Assembly: GCA_951406725.2 (NCBI GenBank)
Contig: OX597827.1
Location: 43,090,001-43,154,000, forward strand
DNA: 64,000 bases
Reading direction: 5' to 3'
Source of the DNA: Octopus vulgaris
Taxonomy: Eukaryota
Shown here piece by piece: positions 63,249 through 64,000 of this stretch (the stretch's first letter is position 1; every line of letters begins with the position of its first letter). The position numbers and the translations under genes were made by a program. The notes beneath the pieces were generated by a model. That model ran no database searches. It had not been told where the DNA came from and was given only the letters and a program-made list of their open reading frames with translations.

Positions 63249-63552
63249 CCAAACCATTGTATTTATGCACGATTTGAAAGAGTGACATTTGCCCTTGGTC
63301 GCCAGGGTATTCGTGGCTGTTGGTTAGAGGGTTCCTTGATTGGCCCTGGGCATTTGTTTAACCACTGTTGGGACAGCCCCTTCCATACTATTTTTACACT
63401 GCTAGCACTGCTGCTCCTTTTCCCTTTATTTTATTCATTTCTGTCATAATTGATTCTGTGTGAACATCAACCATTTTTCTAATTTATCTTTCTACAATGT
63501 TCCTTTGCATCTAATGCCCCTTGTGGCAAATAAAAGACATTATCATCATCAC

Positions 63553-63585
<33 letters not shown>

Positions 63586-64000
63586 ATTGATTATTATGGT
63601 TATTATTGCGATTACTATTGTTGTTGCATTGTTATTGTTATTATTGTGCTCAAATTAGAAACAATTATTATAGTGGTTGTTTGTTAATTAGTATTATAAT
63701 AATTATTATTTTTAGTTTGAATTTTCTTCACATTTCCGATATGATCTTAATGACGCTTTCATCTCGACTCATTTAAGCTTCATTTTTTTTTTTTCTTTCC
63801 CCATTTTAAAAATTGTGTTTTATGTGATTGTTTAATTTTCATGATTATTATGATGCATTTTTTCATTTTCTCTCTCTCTCTCTCTCTCTCTCTCCCTCTC
63901 TTGTTAGCATTAATGATTTGCTCGGCTATAGATGTGGTGCATTCAAATCTAGAATAACACTGATGCATCACACATGCACATATACACACACATATATATA

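Noticed and set aside
666-63989. The ORFs in the supplied six-frame track as protein-coding genes
   Set aside because: Nearly all are translations of microsatellites ([12 protein letters not shown], poly-V/T/M/H) or SINE interiors. The two real exons are not in the track in their coding frame. Only the RTE and HERO-like remnants show protein-family motifs.

Overview
Eukaryotic, microsatellite- and SINE-saturated DNA, almost certainly from an Octopus (cephalopod) genome; this assignment is inferred from the repeat families, not from a database search. The window appears to lie inside one large + strand gene of the MXD/Mad/MXI1 (Max-dimerizing bHLH-ZIP repressor) family. Two small coding exons are visible: 20615-20705 (EAEHGYAAPATHIPDDITKRRPKSKKSQGNR) and a 30-nt microexon at 49424-49453 (RSTHNELEKNR, the DNA-binding basic region), separated by a 28.7 kb intron. 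I did not find exon 1 (SID) or the HLH-ZIP exons, so they probably lie outside the window. Almost all ORFs in the supplied track are microsatellite or repeat artefacts. The introns contain at least four SINE families, two non-autonomous Helitrons, piggyBac- and mariner-type MITEs, RTE and HERO-like LINE remnants, and minisatellites. The most unusual signal is four different hammerhead-ribozyme motifs of the Penelope-like-element type. One of them forms the 3' part of a tRNA-headed SINE-like element. There is also a CpG-rich to CpG-depleted transition near 14.5-16 kb, several fold-back repeat pairs (candidate A-to-I editing substrates), and a diverged but strictly 62-bp periodic array. All analysis was by eye, and repeat boundaries are approximate.
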